NCBI GenBank assembly: GCA_025340205.1
Contig: CP006868.1
Coordinates: forward strand, 120,001-152,000
Length of the DNA stretch: 32,000 bases
Direction of reading: 5' to 3'
From: Ignicoccus pacificus DSM 13166
Lineage (GTDB): Archaea; Thermoproteota; Thermoprotei_A; Sulfolobales; Ignicoccaceae
Shown here: piece after piece, positions 17,752 through 26,952 of the stretch
Numbering within the stretch: position 1 is the stretch's first letter
Layout: the number at the start of each line of letters is the position of its first letter
Made by a program: the position numbers and the translations under genes
The notes under the pieces: generated by a model
Told to the model about the DNA's origin: nothing
Database searches by the model: none
The model's input: the letters and a program-made list of their open reading frames with translations, nothing else

Positions 17752-18282
17752 TCAGCTGGTTAGATCGAATACGATTAATCCTAGCAACACGCCTCCTATC
17801 AAGTCGAGCGGGTAATGTTTGCAGAGCACCAATCTGCTCAAGTCAACTTCTATGGAGTAGCTCCACGCTATGGGAGATAGGAAAGGAATATACTTCGTAA
17901 CAAGCAGCGCTAGGTAGGTAGATATAGCAGCGTGTCCGGAAGGATAACCAAGTCTCTCTATTTCACAACCCCGAGGAATGCTCAAAGGTCTGGGTCTCAT
18001 GAATAGGCATTTCAATACAAGGTCAGAAATTGCGACAATCAAGATACCTAGAAGAGGTGAGTAGAAATTAGGCGAATCCTCGATGTAGAGTATCAAGGAT
18101 ATAATGAATGGAATTACAAATGCAGTTACATATATGGACATACTGAGCATCTTTGCTATTAGCCTGTAAGAGTGCACGTGAGGACAAGGGATGACGTTAG
18201 AGTCGGGGCCTAACGCTACTAGCACATCCAAGAGCGCGCTCGGAATCAACGAGCCCCCCAGAACTTTATTCTGAGTCCACAT
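17752..18282 (-). CDS. PAP2 family phosphatase (membrane)
   Basis: KCLFMRPRP, YPSGHAA, SRLVLCKHYPLD correspond to the three PAP2 motifs; multiple TM segments. Confidence 0.85.
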   Translation of the reverse strand: MWTQNKVLGGSLIPSALLDVLVALGPDSNVIPCPHVHSYRLIAKMLSMSIYVTAFVIPFIISLILYIEDSPNFYSPLLGILIVAISDLVLKCLFMRPRPLSIPRGCEIERLGYPSGHAAISTYLALLVTKYIPFLSPIAWSYSIEVDLSRLVLCKHYPLDLIGGVLLGLIVFDLTS

Positions 18283-18305
18283 GAAAGGAGCACGATGGTG
18301 ACGAG

Positions 18306-18875
18306 ATGGTAAGGTACAAGAGAATAGCAGAGATTGCTTGGAGCGCCTCGTGCCTAGTTAGGACCGGGTGGATGCAGAGAGGAGTTCCCCCCTCGATGGG
18401 GGAAACGGTAGCGATTCACTCCTTTTCAGCATCCTTGATAGCGTATGAAATGGCCTTGGAACTGAAGGAACAAGGAATAGAGCTCGATCCCGAGAAGGCT
18501 GCCCTAATAGCTCTCTACCATGACTTGCCCGAGGTCATAGTAGGAGACTTGCCCAAGTGGAGCACCGACAGGGCGAACTATGTAAAGGAGGCACTGGAGA
18601 AGGAAGCTATAGGTGCTTTGAGAAAGTGGATGAAGGGAATAGACCTAGCGGAGGAATATATGATCAAAAGCAAGGAGGCGATAGTGGCGAAGCTAGCGGA
18701 AATCATATCAACATACTACCAAGCGGAGAGGTACGTAAAGATGGGAATGACGAGAGTGGAGGAGATAATGGTAACGATGAGAGAATCCGCGTGGAAAGCA
18801 GTAGCGAAGGCGGAGAAGATAGATCCGAAGTTGGGAAAGGCGATGAGAGAGATACTCATAAAGGAGGGTCTTTGA
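18306..18875 (+). CDS. HD domain hydrolase (COG1896, YfbR/5'-nucleotidase-like)
   Basis: ETVAIHSFSASLIAYEMA...ALYHDLPEVIVGDLPKW (His, HD and E residues of the family). Confidence 0.85.
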   Translation: MVRYKRIAEIAWSASCLVRTGWMQRGVPPSMGETVAIHSFSASLIAYEMALELKEQGIELDPEKAALIALYHDLPEVIVGDLPKWSTDRANYVKEALEKEAIGALRKWMKGIDLAEEYMIKSKEAIVAKLAEIISTYYQAERYVKMGMTRVEEIMVTMRESAWKAVAKAEKIDPKLGKAMREILIKEGL

Positions 18876-18988
18876 GGTACGCCAAGAAATGCTTGAACTG
18901 CGGGCTTTACTTCCCCGAAGACTTCAAGCTATGTCCGCTTTGTGGGTCCGTGCTGATCGATGAGCGGGCTCCCTCTCCTGAAGGGTGA
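18872..18988 (+). CDS. 38-aa zinc-ribbon microprotein (not separately tracked)
   Basis: TTGA start/stop overlap with the HD gene; MRYAKKCLNCGLYFPEDFKLCPLCGSVLIDERAPSPEG with two CxxC knuckles. The tracked ORF at 18557 is an over-extension of this frame. Confidence 0.6.
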   Translation: MRYAKKCLNCGLYFPEDFKLCPLCGSVLIDERAPSPEG

Positions 18989-19060
18989 TGAGTTCAGCCT
19001 TGTGCGAGATCGAAGCTTCAAGTTGAATAAGAGGGACTCTTTTCAAACTCCGGTGAGAAC

Positions 19061-19291
19061 ATGGCTAAGATGAGGCTCGGAATAGTAATCTACAAGGAGC
19101 AAGACGAGAGCGGTACCTACTATCTAGCGATAGAGCCCTTAAGCGGCGCTCAAGTACAAGGAGATACCATTGAAGAAGCCGTCGAGAAGATAAAGGAAGA
19201 GATAGTGAAGATGGGTAGCGCTTGGTGTGAGTCCGAACTGAAGGAGGCAGTAGATGCTAGAATAATAGAAGTTGAGTTGCCAGAGGAGTGA
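19061..19291 (+). CDS. HicB-like / UPF0150 family protein
   Basis: 76 aa; YLAIEPLSGAQVQGDTIEEAVEKIKEEI matches the HicB-like fold signature (GD(T/S)xEEA). Confidence 0.75.
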   Translation: MAKMRLGIVIYKEQDESGTYYLAIEPLSGAQVQGDTIEEAVEKIKEEIVKMGSAWCESELKEAVDARIIEVELPEE

Positions 19292-19297
19292 TTTTTC

Positions 19298-20344
19298 TTG
19301 CTATGGTTGGTGTATACTACCTCCAAGTGTAACTTAACTTGCAAGTACTGCGGAGGATCCTGGCCTCCTGAAGTCATGCCTCCCTATCCAAAGTATAGCG
19401 TGGGACAGCTGAAGGAGTACTTGGAGAAGGTGGACAACGATCCCGCCGTAGTCTTTTATGGAGGAGAACCCCTTCTCAATCCCAAGTTTATCGTCGAGGT
19501 TATGGATAATATTGAGGCAATATACGGAATACAAACTAACGGAACCCTCCACCACTTACTTCCACCTAGGTATTGGGAGAGGTTCAGTAACGTCTTGATC
19601 TCGATAGATGGGCCCGAGGAGTTCAACGACTCTAGGAGAGGGAGGGGGAGCTACAGAAAGGCTGTGGAACTGGCTGAGAAGGTTAAGAGTTTGGGCGTCC
19701 CTAGGGTAATCGCTAGGATGGCGGTGGATCAAGAAAGCGATATCTTTAGGGACGTCACCCACTTACTGAAGATATTCACGCACGTGCACTGGCAGCTTTC
19801 CGTTGACTGGGTGGAGAAATGGAACCTTAGGGAATGGGCGGAGAGGAGCTACTTGCCGGGCATAGCAAAGCTCGCCGAGCTCTTCGCCAGAACCTACGAG
19901 GATGAAGGAAGACTCTTAGGGATAATACCCTTCATAGCCCTGTTGAAGGCCTATAGAAATCCTTGGAAGGGAATCCCCTGCGGAGCGGGCTACGAAGCTT
20001 ATGCTGTACTCACCGACGGAAGGGTTACCGCTTGTCCCATAGCCGCTAGGGAGAGCTGGGCCTTGGCTGGTCATGTTTGGGAGCCGGAGAGGCCTAAGGA
20101 GATAAGGCCGAAGGGAGCTCCTTGCGAAAGCTGCGAGTACAGAGGACTTTGCGGTGGGAGATGTCTCTATTGGCTAATGGAGAGATACTGGGGAGATGAG
20201 GGGATGAAGGAAATATGCTGGGTCACTAAGAGATTCATAGATATATTCTTCGAGAAAGTCGGAAGCTTAGTGGAGAAGATGAGTATGGAGAAAGAGGTAG
20301 AGGAGTATTCGCCAACCATCGATTCGACGGAAGCGATACCTTAA
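19298..20344 (+). CDS. radical SAM/SPASM protein, resembling putative peptide-modifying AF0577-type family
   Basis: TTSKCNLTCKYCGG (CxxxCxxC), FYGGEPLLNP, SIDGP; C-terminal PCGAGYEAYAVLTDGRVTACP...CESCEYRGLCGGRCLYW...CWVTK SPASM-like cysteines. Confidence 0.8.
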   Translation: MLWLVYTTSKCNLTCKYCGGSWPPEVMPPYPKYSVGQLKEYLEKVDNDPAVVFYGGEPLLNPKFIVEVMDNIEAIYGIQTNGTLHHLLPPRYWERFSNVLISIDGPEEFNDSRRGRGSYRKAVELAEKVKSLGVPRVIARMAVDQESDIFRDVTHLLKIFTHVHWQLSVDWVEKWNLREWAERSYLPGIAKLAELFARTYEDEGRLLGIIPFIALLKAYRNPWKGIPCGAGYEAYAVLTDGRVTACPIAARESWALAGHVWEPERPKEIRPKGAPCESCEYRGLCGGRCLYWLMERYWGDEGMKEICWVTKRFIDIFFEKVGSLVEKMSMEKEVEEYSPTIDSTEAIP

Positions 20345-20649
20345 CACTTAGTCTCTATTCCCGTTTCCTCCTCTACCTCATCGAAGCCCTCCTTTATCAT
20401 AGCCTTGAGCTCCGGGTCGTATTTGAGGAGTAAAGCCAAGAACTCCCCCACGTGCTCCTTCTCCTCTTTGGCCACGTCCATAAATACCTTCTTCACGTTC
20501 TCATCTTCTATGGCTTCAGCTAACTGTTCGTAGAAGTTTATGGCATCAAGCTCAGCTATTATTCCCCACCTAATCGCTTGAAGGATTCCCTTCTCGTCGA
20601 GCTTTTTACCTTTAACGTTTAAGGGGTTCTCACCTAGCACGGATTGCAC
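20341..20649 (-). CDS. small ferritin-like/rubrerythrin-type protein, similar to the ferritin-like domain of archaeal encapsulins
   Basis: GIIAELDAINFYEQLAEAIEDENVKKVFMDVAKEEKEHVGEFLALLLKYDPE: two-helix E...ExxH ferritin-like motif; GTG start. Confidence 0.8.
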   Translation of the reverse strand: MQSVLGENPLNVKGKKLDEKGILQAIRWGIIAELDAINFYEQLAEAIEDENVKKVFMDVAKEEKEHVGEFLALLLKYDPELKAMIKEGFDEVEEETGIETKC

Positions 20650-20785
20650 CGAGAACTAGGCTCAACGGATACTAAAGAGTATGGAGCGAATCGCTCGGTC
20701 TGCCCCTCTCAAGTACTTGCTGAACTGCGAAGTCCGAGAGAGCGTTTTAAGGAGCGGTCTGCCTACTAGCGAGGAGGTAAGAATA

Positions 20786-22561
20786 ATGGCAGTAAAGGGC
20801 AAAGTACTCCGTGTTAGAGGCCCAGTAGTCATCGCTGAGAACATGCAAGGAGTTCAGATGTACGAGGTCGTGGAGGTAGGCAAGGAAGGCCTCGTCGGTG
20901 AGGTTACTAGAATCACCGGCGATAAGGCGGTAATCCAAGTCTACGAGGACACCACCGGAATTACCCCCGGAGAGCCCGTCGTAGGTACCGGCTCTCCCTT
21001 CAGCGTAGAGCTCGGACCCGGACTCTTGAGCCACATCTTCGACGGTATCTTGAGGCCTCTGGAGAGCATTTACGACGTAGCTAAGTCTCCCTTCATTAGG
21101 AGGGGTATCAAGGTCCCCTCCTTGGACAGGAACAAGAAGTGGAGCTGGACCCCCAATCCCGAGCTAAAGCCCGGTGACAAGGTCTCCGGAGGCGACATTC
21201 TAGGTACTGTCCCTGAGACCGAGCTAATCGAGCACAAGGTAATGGTACCTCCGGGAATAAGGGGTACCCTGAAGGAGATCGCCCCTCCGGGAGAGTACAC
21301 CATTGAGGATACCATAGCAGTATTGGAGCACGAGGGTAAGAAGATAGAGCTCAAGATGTATCACAAGTGGCCTATAAGGAAGCCGAGGCCAGTGATCGAG
21401 AAGTTCGAGCCTACCACCCCTCTGATCACCGGAGTTAGGGTCTTGGACACCTTGTTCCCCATGGCCAAGGGAGGAACCGGAGCCATCCCCGGACCCTTCG
21501 GATCCGGTAAGACCGTGACCTTGAGGACCCTAGCGGCTTGGAGCGACGCCAGAGTAGTCATCTACGTGGGATGTGGAGAGAGAGGAAACGAGATGACCGA
21601 CGTGTTGGTGAACTTCCCCCACTACAAGGACCCGTGGTCCGGTAAGCCACTAATGGACAGAACCATCCTAGTCGCCAACACCTCCAACATGCCCGTCGCA
21701 GCGAGAGAGGCGAGCATCTACGTGGGTGTGACCCTGGCGGAGTACTACAGGGACATGGGCTACGACTCCCTGCTGATCGCCGACTCCACCTCCAGATGGG
21801 CCGAGGCCCTAAGAGACATCGCCGGAAGAATGGAGGAGATGCCAGCCGAGGAGGGCTTCCCGCCCTACCTAGCCTCCAGGCTGGCGGAGTACTACGAGAG
21901 AGCTGGCAGGGCCAGGATACCCGGAAAGCCGGAGAGGATAGGAAGCGTCACCATAGCCTCGGCGGTATCTCCGCCGGGAGGAGACTTCAGCGAGCCGGTA
22001 ACGAGCCACACCAGGAGGTTCGTGAGGGTCTTCTGGGCCCTCGACGCCAGCCTGGCTTACGCGAGGCACTATCCAGCGATCAACTGGCTGACCTCCTACA
22101 GCCTGTACGTGGATACCGTCCAGAAGTGGTGGCATGAGAACATCGATCCTAGGTGGAGGGAGTACAGAGATGAGATGATGAACATCTTGCTAAGGGAGGA
22201 CGAGCTAAAGGAGATAGTGAGGCTAGTGGGACCTGAGAGCCTAAGCGAGCCCGATAAGCTAATCATTGAGACCGCTAGGATAATCAAGGAGGGCTTCCTA
22301 CAGCAGAACGCCTTCGATCCAATAGACGCCTTCTGTGCTCCTAGGAAGCAGTTCATTATGATGAAGATAATCATAGACTTCTATAGGAAGGCTAGGGATC
22401 TAGTGAACGCCGGAGTACCGGTAGCCAAGATAAGGGAGGCTACCAAGGAGGAGATAGCCGAACTCATAAGGAGCAGGTACACCGTGAAGAACGACGAGCT
22501 AGACAAGCTGGAGGCTCTCTACGAGAGGCTCATGCAGAAGCTAGCCTCTCTTACCGCCTAA
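20786..22561 (+). CDS. atpA: A-type (V-type) ATP synthase catalytic subunit A
   Basis: [18 protein letters not shown]-loop, FPEGG-type nonhomologous region, [30 protein letters not shown] opens at 20681, but GAGGAGGT + ATG 20786 ([20 protein letters not shown]) and an upstream TTTTAA box support this start. Confidence 0.95.
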   Translation: MAVKGKVLRVRGPVVIAENMQGVQMYEVVEVGKEGLVGEVTRITGDKAVIQVYEDTTGITPGEPVVGTGSPFSVELGPGLLSHIFDGILRPLESIYDVAKSPFIRRGIKVPSLDRNKKWSWTPNPELKPGDKVSGGDILGTVPETELIEHKVMVPPGIRGTLKEIAPPGEYTIEDTIAVLEHEGKKIELKMYHKWPIRKPRPVIEKFEPTTPLITGVRVLDTLFPMAKGGTGAIPGPFGSGKTVTLRTLAAWSDARVVIYVGCGERGNEMTDVLVNFPHYKDPWSGKPLMDRTILVANTSNMPVAAREASIYVGVTLAEYYRDMGYDSLLIADSTSRWAEALRDIAGRMEEMPAEEGFPPYLASRLAEYYERAGRARIPGKPERIGSVTIASAVSPPGGDFSEPVTSHTRRFVRVFWALDASLAYARHYPAINWLTSYSLYVDTVQKWWHENIDPRWREYRDEMMNILLREDELKEIVRLVGPESLSEPDKLIIETARIIKEGFLQQNAFDPIDAFCAPRKQFIMMKIIIDFYRKARDLVNAGVPVAKIREATKEEIAELIRSRYTVKNDELDKLEALYERLMQKLASLTA

Positions 22562-23285
22562 GGAGTTTTTCCCTGAGCTCTCGCAGTAATGGTATCTCCT
22601 CCACTTTTCTCGGGTCCATTAGTTTCCACAGTATCCCCTTAGGTCTAGGCAATCCTCCGAATTCCAAGGTCCTCGTAGGGGTAAAGGCCTTGCTCAGAGG
22701 CGCGTCCCACGGATCTTGAGGCAAGGGAGGAGGCAGTACTTGGAGATCGTGGACTGTCGTGAATATAGGAGTCTTATCATCTATCAAGCCTATCTCCTTC
22801 AATATTCCGTGCTCTATGTCACCGTAGCCAGCTCCCTTACCTATCCTCCTCCCCTCCGTATCTATCGCTACCGAACCCTCAATTATCAAGTCAATATTTC
22901 CTATAGTCTGAAGCTCTTCTAAGGTCTTGAGCTTCCTCCCATAAATAAATGCCCCTCTTATGGTCGACGCCTTACGATAGTCAAACGGAGCGATCTTCTT
23001 GGGATCCAATAATAGGAAGCCTTCCTTGAGCCTAGGTGTTGCCATTAGTAGGAGCTTTCCCTCCTCCAGCGCACTGAGCCTGACCCACCTCTGAGGGCTA
23101 TCCGGGTTGCACTTCACCACGCTGGCTTCTATCCATTCTTTCGACCCTCTAAGTCTCTCGGCTGCCTCCTTGGCTCCCTTGAAGTTAGGAATTCTCCCCC
23201 TAATCGGAAAAGGAGGCAATGCCACCTTTTTCTCAACTAATAGCTTCCAAACGTGCTCTCTAACCTCTTGTTTACTCCTCCACAA
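22551..23285 (-). CDS. 5-formyltetrahydrofolate cyclo-ligase family protein (COG0212)
   Basis: [13 protein letters not shown]...[13 protein letters not shown]...[26 protein letters not shown]. Confidence 0.85.
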   Translation of the reverse strand: MWRSKQEVREHVWKLLVEKKVALPPFPIRGRIPNFKGAKEAAERLRGSKEWIEASVVKCNPDSPQRWVRLSALEEGKLLLMATPRLKEGFLLLDPKKIAPFDYRKASTIRGAFIYGRKLKTLEELQTIGNIDLIIEGSVAIDTEGRRIGKGAGYGDIEHGILKEIGLIDDKTPIFTTVHDLQVLPPPLPQDPWDAPLSKAFTPTRTLEFGGLPRPKGILWKLMDPRKVEEIPLLRELREKLLRR

Positions 23286-23306
23286 GCCCTTTCCCGGAGC
23301 TAAGCG

Positions 23307-23897
23307 ATGAGGATCAGTAAGAAAGCACTGGAGTTAGAGCTGGAGCGAGTTCCAGAGAAGGTTGGAAGGCTTGGAGTTAGGTATGAACAATATCCGACGC
23401 CTTCCTACGTAGCGGCCGACGTCTTGTGGGAGGCCTACGTTAGGGGTGACATCGAGGGTAAGATGGTATTGGATTTGGGGTGTGGGACGGGAAGGCTTGC
23501 CTATGGTGTCGAGCTTTTGGGAGGTAGAGCACTTTGCGTCGAGCTCGATGAAACCTTGCTTCAAGAATCTCCATGTCTCGAGAAGGCCAAGGCCTTTATC
23601 CCTTACGTTCCTTCTAGGAAGGTAGATACGGTGATAATGAATCCGCCCTATGGAACAAAGAGGAAGAAGGCGGACAAACCTTTCTGGGATATAGCACTCG
23701 AACTCTCAAGGAGCGTTTACTCAATACAGCCTTGGGCTGAGGGCTTGTTCAACGTCATAAGGAGGAATGCCCTCTCGAAGGGATTCAAGTGTGAAGTGTT
23801 GAAGGTGTACGAGTATCATTTGAAGATGCTATACTCGTTCCACAAAAGTAGGAGAAAGAGGATGGAGGTAGCACTCTATCACTGCTTTAAGCCTTAG
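23307..23897 (+). CDS. METTL5-like RNA methyltransferase (COG2263)
   Basis: LEQYPTP-like [50 protein letters not shown]. Confidence 0.88.
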   Translation: MRISKKALELELERVPEKVGRLGVRYEQYPTPSYVAADVLWEAYVRGDIEGKMVLDLGCGTGRLAYGVELLGGRALCVELDETLLQESPCLEKAKAFIPYVPSRKVDTVIMNPPYGTKRKKADKPFWDIALELSRSVYSIQPWAEGLFNVIRRNALSKGFKCEVLKVYEYHLKMLYSFHKSRRKRMEVALYHCFKP

Positions 23898-24712
23898 AGA
23901 ACCGCTGCCTCAAGGGAGTTACAACAAGAGCATTCTTCGGGTTCCTCGGGAATCTTAGGTATTACGTCATAGAGCAGCTTCTTGGCGTTTGCTATATTCC
24001 TGTTCATAGTTTCAATTACTTCCTTAGCGTCTACAGGCTTCTCGGCCCAGACGTCGTAGTCAGTGACCATGGCTACGGTGGCATAGCATATCTGGGCCTC
24101 ACAAGCTAAGTTAACCTCGGGAACTAAGGTCATTCCTATTATGTCGGCCTTGAAGACATCCTTCCATATCTTACTCTCCGCCCTAGTAGAGAACCTGGGT
24201 CCTTCGATGCATACATAGGTTCCCTTTTCATGAACCGTTATTCCTAGGCTCTTCGCACTTTCAATTATTACCTTCCTCAAGCTCTCACAGAAGGGATCGG
24301 CCATGCTTACGTGCGCCACTAGAGGCCCCTCGAAGAAGGTTAGATCCCTCTTCCCCTTTGTCATATCAATGAATTGATCAGGAACGACGAAGTGACCCGG
24401 GGCGTAGTCCTCCCTCAAGCTGCCTACAGCAGAGACGCTTATGATGTACTTAACTCCCAAGCTCTTTAATGCCCATATGTTGGCCCTGAAGTTTATCTTG
24501 TGCGGAGGTATCTTGTGACCCCTTCCATGCCTTGGAAGGAAAGCGACCCTTCTTCCCTTTATGGTTCCCAGAAGGATGTTGTCGCTGGGAAGGCCGTAGG
24601 GAGTGTAAACCTTGAGCTCCTTAGTATCCTCCAAGATTTCCGGGTCATATAGTCCAGAACCACCTATGATCGCTATCTCAGCCTTGGCTCCCGGCTCCGG
24701 AGGGAACATCAT
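23894..24712 (-). CDS. mtnP: S-methyl-5'-thioadenosine phosphorylase
   Basis: [61 protein letters not shown]; C-terminal CSCC. Confidence 0.92.
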   Translation of the reverse strand: MMFPPEPGAKAEIAIIGGSGLYDPEILEDTKELKVYTPYGLPSDNILLGTIKGRRVAFLPRHGRGHKIPPHKINFRANIWALKSLGVKYIISVSAVGSLREDYAPGHFVVPDQFIDMTKGKRDLTFFEGPLVAHVSMADPFCESLRKVIIESAKSLGITVHEKGTYVCIEGPRFSTRAESKIWKDVFKADIIGMTLVPEVNLACEAQICYATVAMVTDYDVWAEKPVDAKEVIETMNRNIANAKKLLYDVIPKIPEEPEECSCCNSLEAAVL

Positions 24713-24780
24713 CTTCCTTGACCCAGTTGAGACTAGGCTAAGACTTAGGAAGAGAGGAGCGATGAGGTGAGAAAGGGGTA

Positions 24781-25203
24781 TTACGAGGAGAGCTCGGAGA
24801 AGAGGAGCTCCTCGAAGGCCTCGGGGTTGTGACCGCTTTCAAGCCAGTAGAGCTTGTTTCCCTTAGCCCAGAAGGCCGCTGGAAACTCCTCTCTACCAGT
24901 GAGGGTCGGTATCATTACTATGGTTACTGGAATTCCCTTTATGTTTCTTTGCTCAACCTTGCTAAATCCGAAGAAGTCCTTGAGAGCGGTTACAGTTTCG
25001 TTGAGCCAGTTGTAATATGCCTTAGCCTTTTGTTCATCCGGGAACTCAAAGATCCATTCAAAGCTCCCGTCCTCGAACCTCTTGACTTTGGTTTTGTTGG
25101 GATCTAAGTTCCCCGAGGAGACCATAGTTTTCGCTAATGCCGTCCTCATGTTTTCGAAGATCTTGAAGGCGTCGAGTCCTTCTAGCTGAGCAACAACTCT
25201 CAT
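24781..25203 (-). CDS. hypothetical protein (140 aa)
   Basis: Complete ORF with ATG start; no family recognised. Confidence 0.5.
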   Translation of the reverse strand: MRVVAQLEGLDAFKIFENMRTALAKTMVSSGNLDPNKTKVKRFEDGSFEWIFEFPDEQKAKAYYNWLNETVTALKDFFGFSKVEQRNIKGIPVTIVMIPTLTGREEFPAAFWAKGNKLYWLESGHNPEAFEELLFSELSS

Positions 25204-25251
25204 ACTTGCCTCCTCCCAACCTCAGTAGGCGGGAAGGGATAAAGGAGTGGG

Positions 25252-25345
25252 TGGTGGGCCCGCGGGGATTTGAACCCCGGACTACCGCCTTTCCTAGCCC
25301 AAGAGCTCGTAAGGGCGGCGTCCTTCCGGGCTAGACGACGGGCCC
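25252..25345 (-). tRNA. tRNA-Val(UAC) with a 17-nt intron (25291..25307) at canonical position 37/38, CCA encoded
   Basis: GGGCCCG/CGGGCCC acceptor, CCGCC/GGCGG anticodon stem, CGGGG-TTCAAAT-CCCCG T-arm. Intron AGCUCUUGGGCUAGGAA forms a bulge-helix-bulge: central helix CUUA/UAGG, 3-nt bulges CG^A and AA^A. Confidence 0.92.
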
Positions 25346-25389
25346 ACTGGCCGTGTTGCGGCTTCCGCAGAATGCTTAAAAATTTAGCG

Positions 25390-26472
25390 CTATGAGCTGG
25401 CCCAACAAGCGACCTTGTGGCCTCTCTTCACCTCTATCAATGGCGGCTCCTTCTCTGAACACTTTCTCCTTAAGCCCTCGCTCTCGTCTGCTTTAACGCA
25501 TCTGGGTAGGAATCTACATCCTCTCTTCGGTGGGGCGCTCACCTCTCCCTTGATGGGTACTTCGAACCTTCTCTTCCTATTCTTCGGATCGGGATCGGGG
25601 ACGGCCGCTATGAGGGCTCTGGTGTAAGGATGTAGTGGGTCGTATAGGACGTCCTTGGTAGGCCCTTCCTCCACAATCTTACCTAAGTACATAACTCCTA
25701 TTCTATCGCATAGATGAGGAGTCGTTGCCAAGTCGTGTGTTATTACCATTAAGCTAATTCCTTCCTTTTCCTTAATCTCTCTCAGTAAGTATATTATCTC
25801 GGCTCTTATGGAAACGTCTAACATCGAGACGGGTTCGTCGGCTACTATGAACTTGGGACTTATGCTTAACGCTCTAGCAATCATTACCCTTTGTCTTTGA
25901 CCTCCGGAGAGCTGGTGAGGGTAGTAGTCCAAGAACTGATCTCCCAGCTTCACTTTCTCCAGGGCCTCAGCGGCTAGTTCCCTAGCCCTCCTCTTACTCT
26001 TAACTAGACCATGAACGATCAACGGCTCAGCCACGATCTCCCAGATCCTCATCTTGGGGTCTAAGCTCGAGTAAGGGTCCTGGAACACCATCTGCATGTC
26101 TCTCTTTATTATCCTAAGTCCCTTTCTACTCAGTTCGCTGTACTTAACCACGTTGTCATAAACCTTCTCCCCTCTTCTCGCTAGGAGCTTGGCGACGTTA
26201 GGCGATACTCTGAACAATACGTCGCCGTCTGTTATCTCCTCGAGACCCATCACGGTCCTAGCAAAGGTGCTCTTTCCACACCCACTTTCTCCAACTATGC
26301 AATACACTTCGTTCCTTTTGATTTCTAGGTCTATCCCGTCTACGGCTTTTACGTATCCCTTTGTGCTGAATATGCCTCCTACCTTATACCATTTTTTGAG
26401 GTTTATCGTCTTTAGTATCGTATCTTCATTCATTAGAGGCTTCCTATCCATCGTTTGAGCCACGGCTTGCAA
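25390..26472 (-). CDS. oligopeptide/dipeptide ABC transporter ATP-binding protein
   Basis: CIVGESGCGKSTFART, MVFQDPYSSLDPKM, HQLSGGQRQRVMIARAL, VADEPVSMLD, C-terminal oligopeptide-type extension GCRFLPRCVKADE. Start could be internal (ATG 26433). Confidence 0.9.
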   Translation of the reverse strand: MQAVAQTMDRKPLMNEDTILKTINLKKWYKVGGIFSTKGYVKAVDGIDLEIKRNEVYCIVGESGCGKSTFARTVMGLEEITDGDVLFRVSPNVAKLLARRGEKVYDNVVKYSELSRKGLRIIKRDMQMVFQDPYSSLDPKMRIWEIVAEPLIVHGLVKSKRRARELAAEALEKVKLGDQFLDYYPHQLSGGQRQRVMIARALSISPKFIVADEPVSMLDVSIRAEIIYLLREIKEKEGISLMVITHDLATTPHLCDRIGVMYLGKIVEEGPTKDVLYDPLHPYTRALIAAVPDPDPKNRKRRFEVPIKGEVSAPPKRGCRFLPRCVKADESEGLRRKCSEKEPPLIEVKRGHKVACWASS

Positions 26473-26489
26473 TAGGCCTACCGAAGCCT

Positions 26490-26915
26490 TTGCCCTCGCG
26501 AGGAGTTTTACGCACGCTGGTGAGCTCAGTGGAGAAGGGCGCCTACTTACTGATCGTAGAGGTTGAGAGGGGGGTAGAGAGGTGGAGCTTGAAGCCGGGC
26601 CTTTACGCCTACGTGGGCTCAGCTTGGGGACCAGGAGGAATAATCGCGAGGGTTAGAAGGCACTTGACCAAGAACTTCGCCAGACCTCGCTGGCATATAG
26701 ACCACTTAACTAAGAGCGGCAGACCCCTAATGGCCTTCATCTATCCCAACCTTACTGAAGACGAACTATATCAAAAGGTATCGAAGGTCTTGAAGCCAGC
26801 TGTAAAGGGATTTGGTAGCACCGACACAAAGCATTACACCCATTTATTCTTAGTAGATAATCTCGAGAACTTGATGAAGCTCTGGAGGTCCGTTGAGGCG
26901 TTAAAGCGAGGTTAA
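26490..26915 (+). CDS. DUF123 / GIY-YIG domain protein (COG1833)
   Basis: GAYLLIVEVE...LKPGLYAYVGSAWGPGGIIARVRRHL...PRWHIDHLT...GFGSTD. Confidence 0.88.
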   Translation: MPSRGVLRTLVSSVEKGAYLLIVEVERGVERWSLKPGLYAYVGSAWGPGGIIARVRRHLTKNFARPRWHIDHLTKSGRPLMAFIYPNLTEDELYQKVSKVLKPAVKGFGSTDTKHYTHLFLVDNLENLMKLWRSVEALKRG

Positions 26916-26952
26916 GATATTTACCAACACTTCGAGCACCCCACGATGAGCT

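Noticed and set aside
18557-18871. First 105 codons of the tracked 18557-18988 ORF
   Set aside because: Out-of-frame overlap with the HD hydrolase CDS, Gly/Glu/Arg-rich low-complexity translation. Only the last 38 codons (18872 onward) look real.
18985-19060. Possible C/D box sRNA starting with GTGATGA at 18985-18991
   Set aside because: C-box match is present but no CTGA D/D' boxes at suitable spacing; it overlaps the microprotein stop and the HicB-like 5' leader.
19061-19291. HicB-like protein interpreted as half of a HicAB toxin-antitoxin system
   Set aside because: No HicA-like dsRBD toxin ORF is adjacent; solitary UPF0150 proteins are common in archaea, so a TA call is not supported.
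21796-22137. Plus-strand 113-aa and minus-strand ORFs within atpA
   Set aside because: Arg/Gly-rich frame-shifted reading of the highly conserved atpA CDS.
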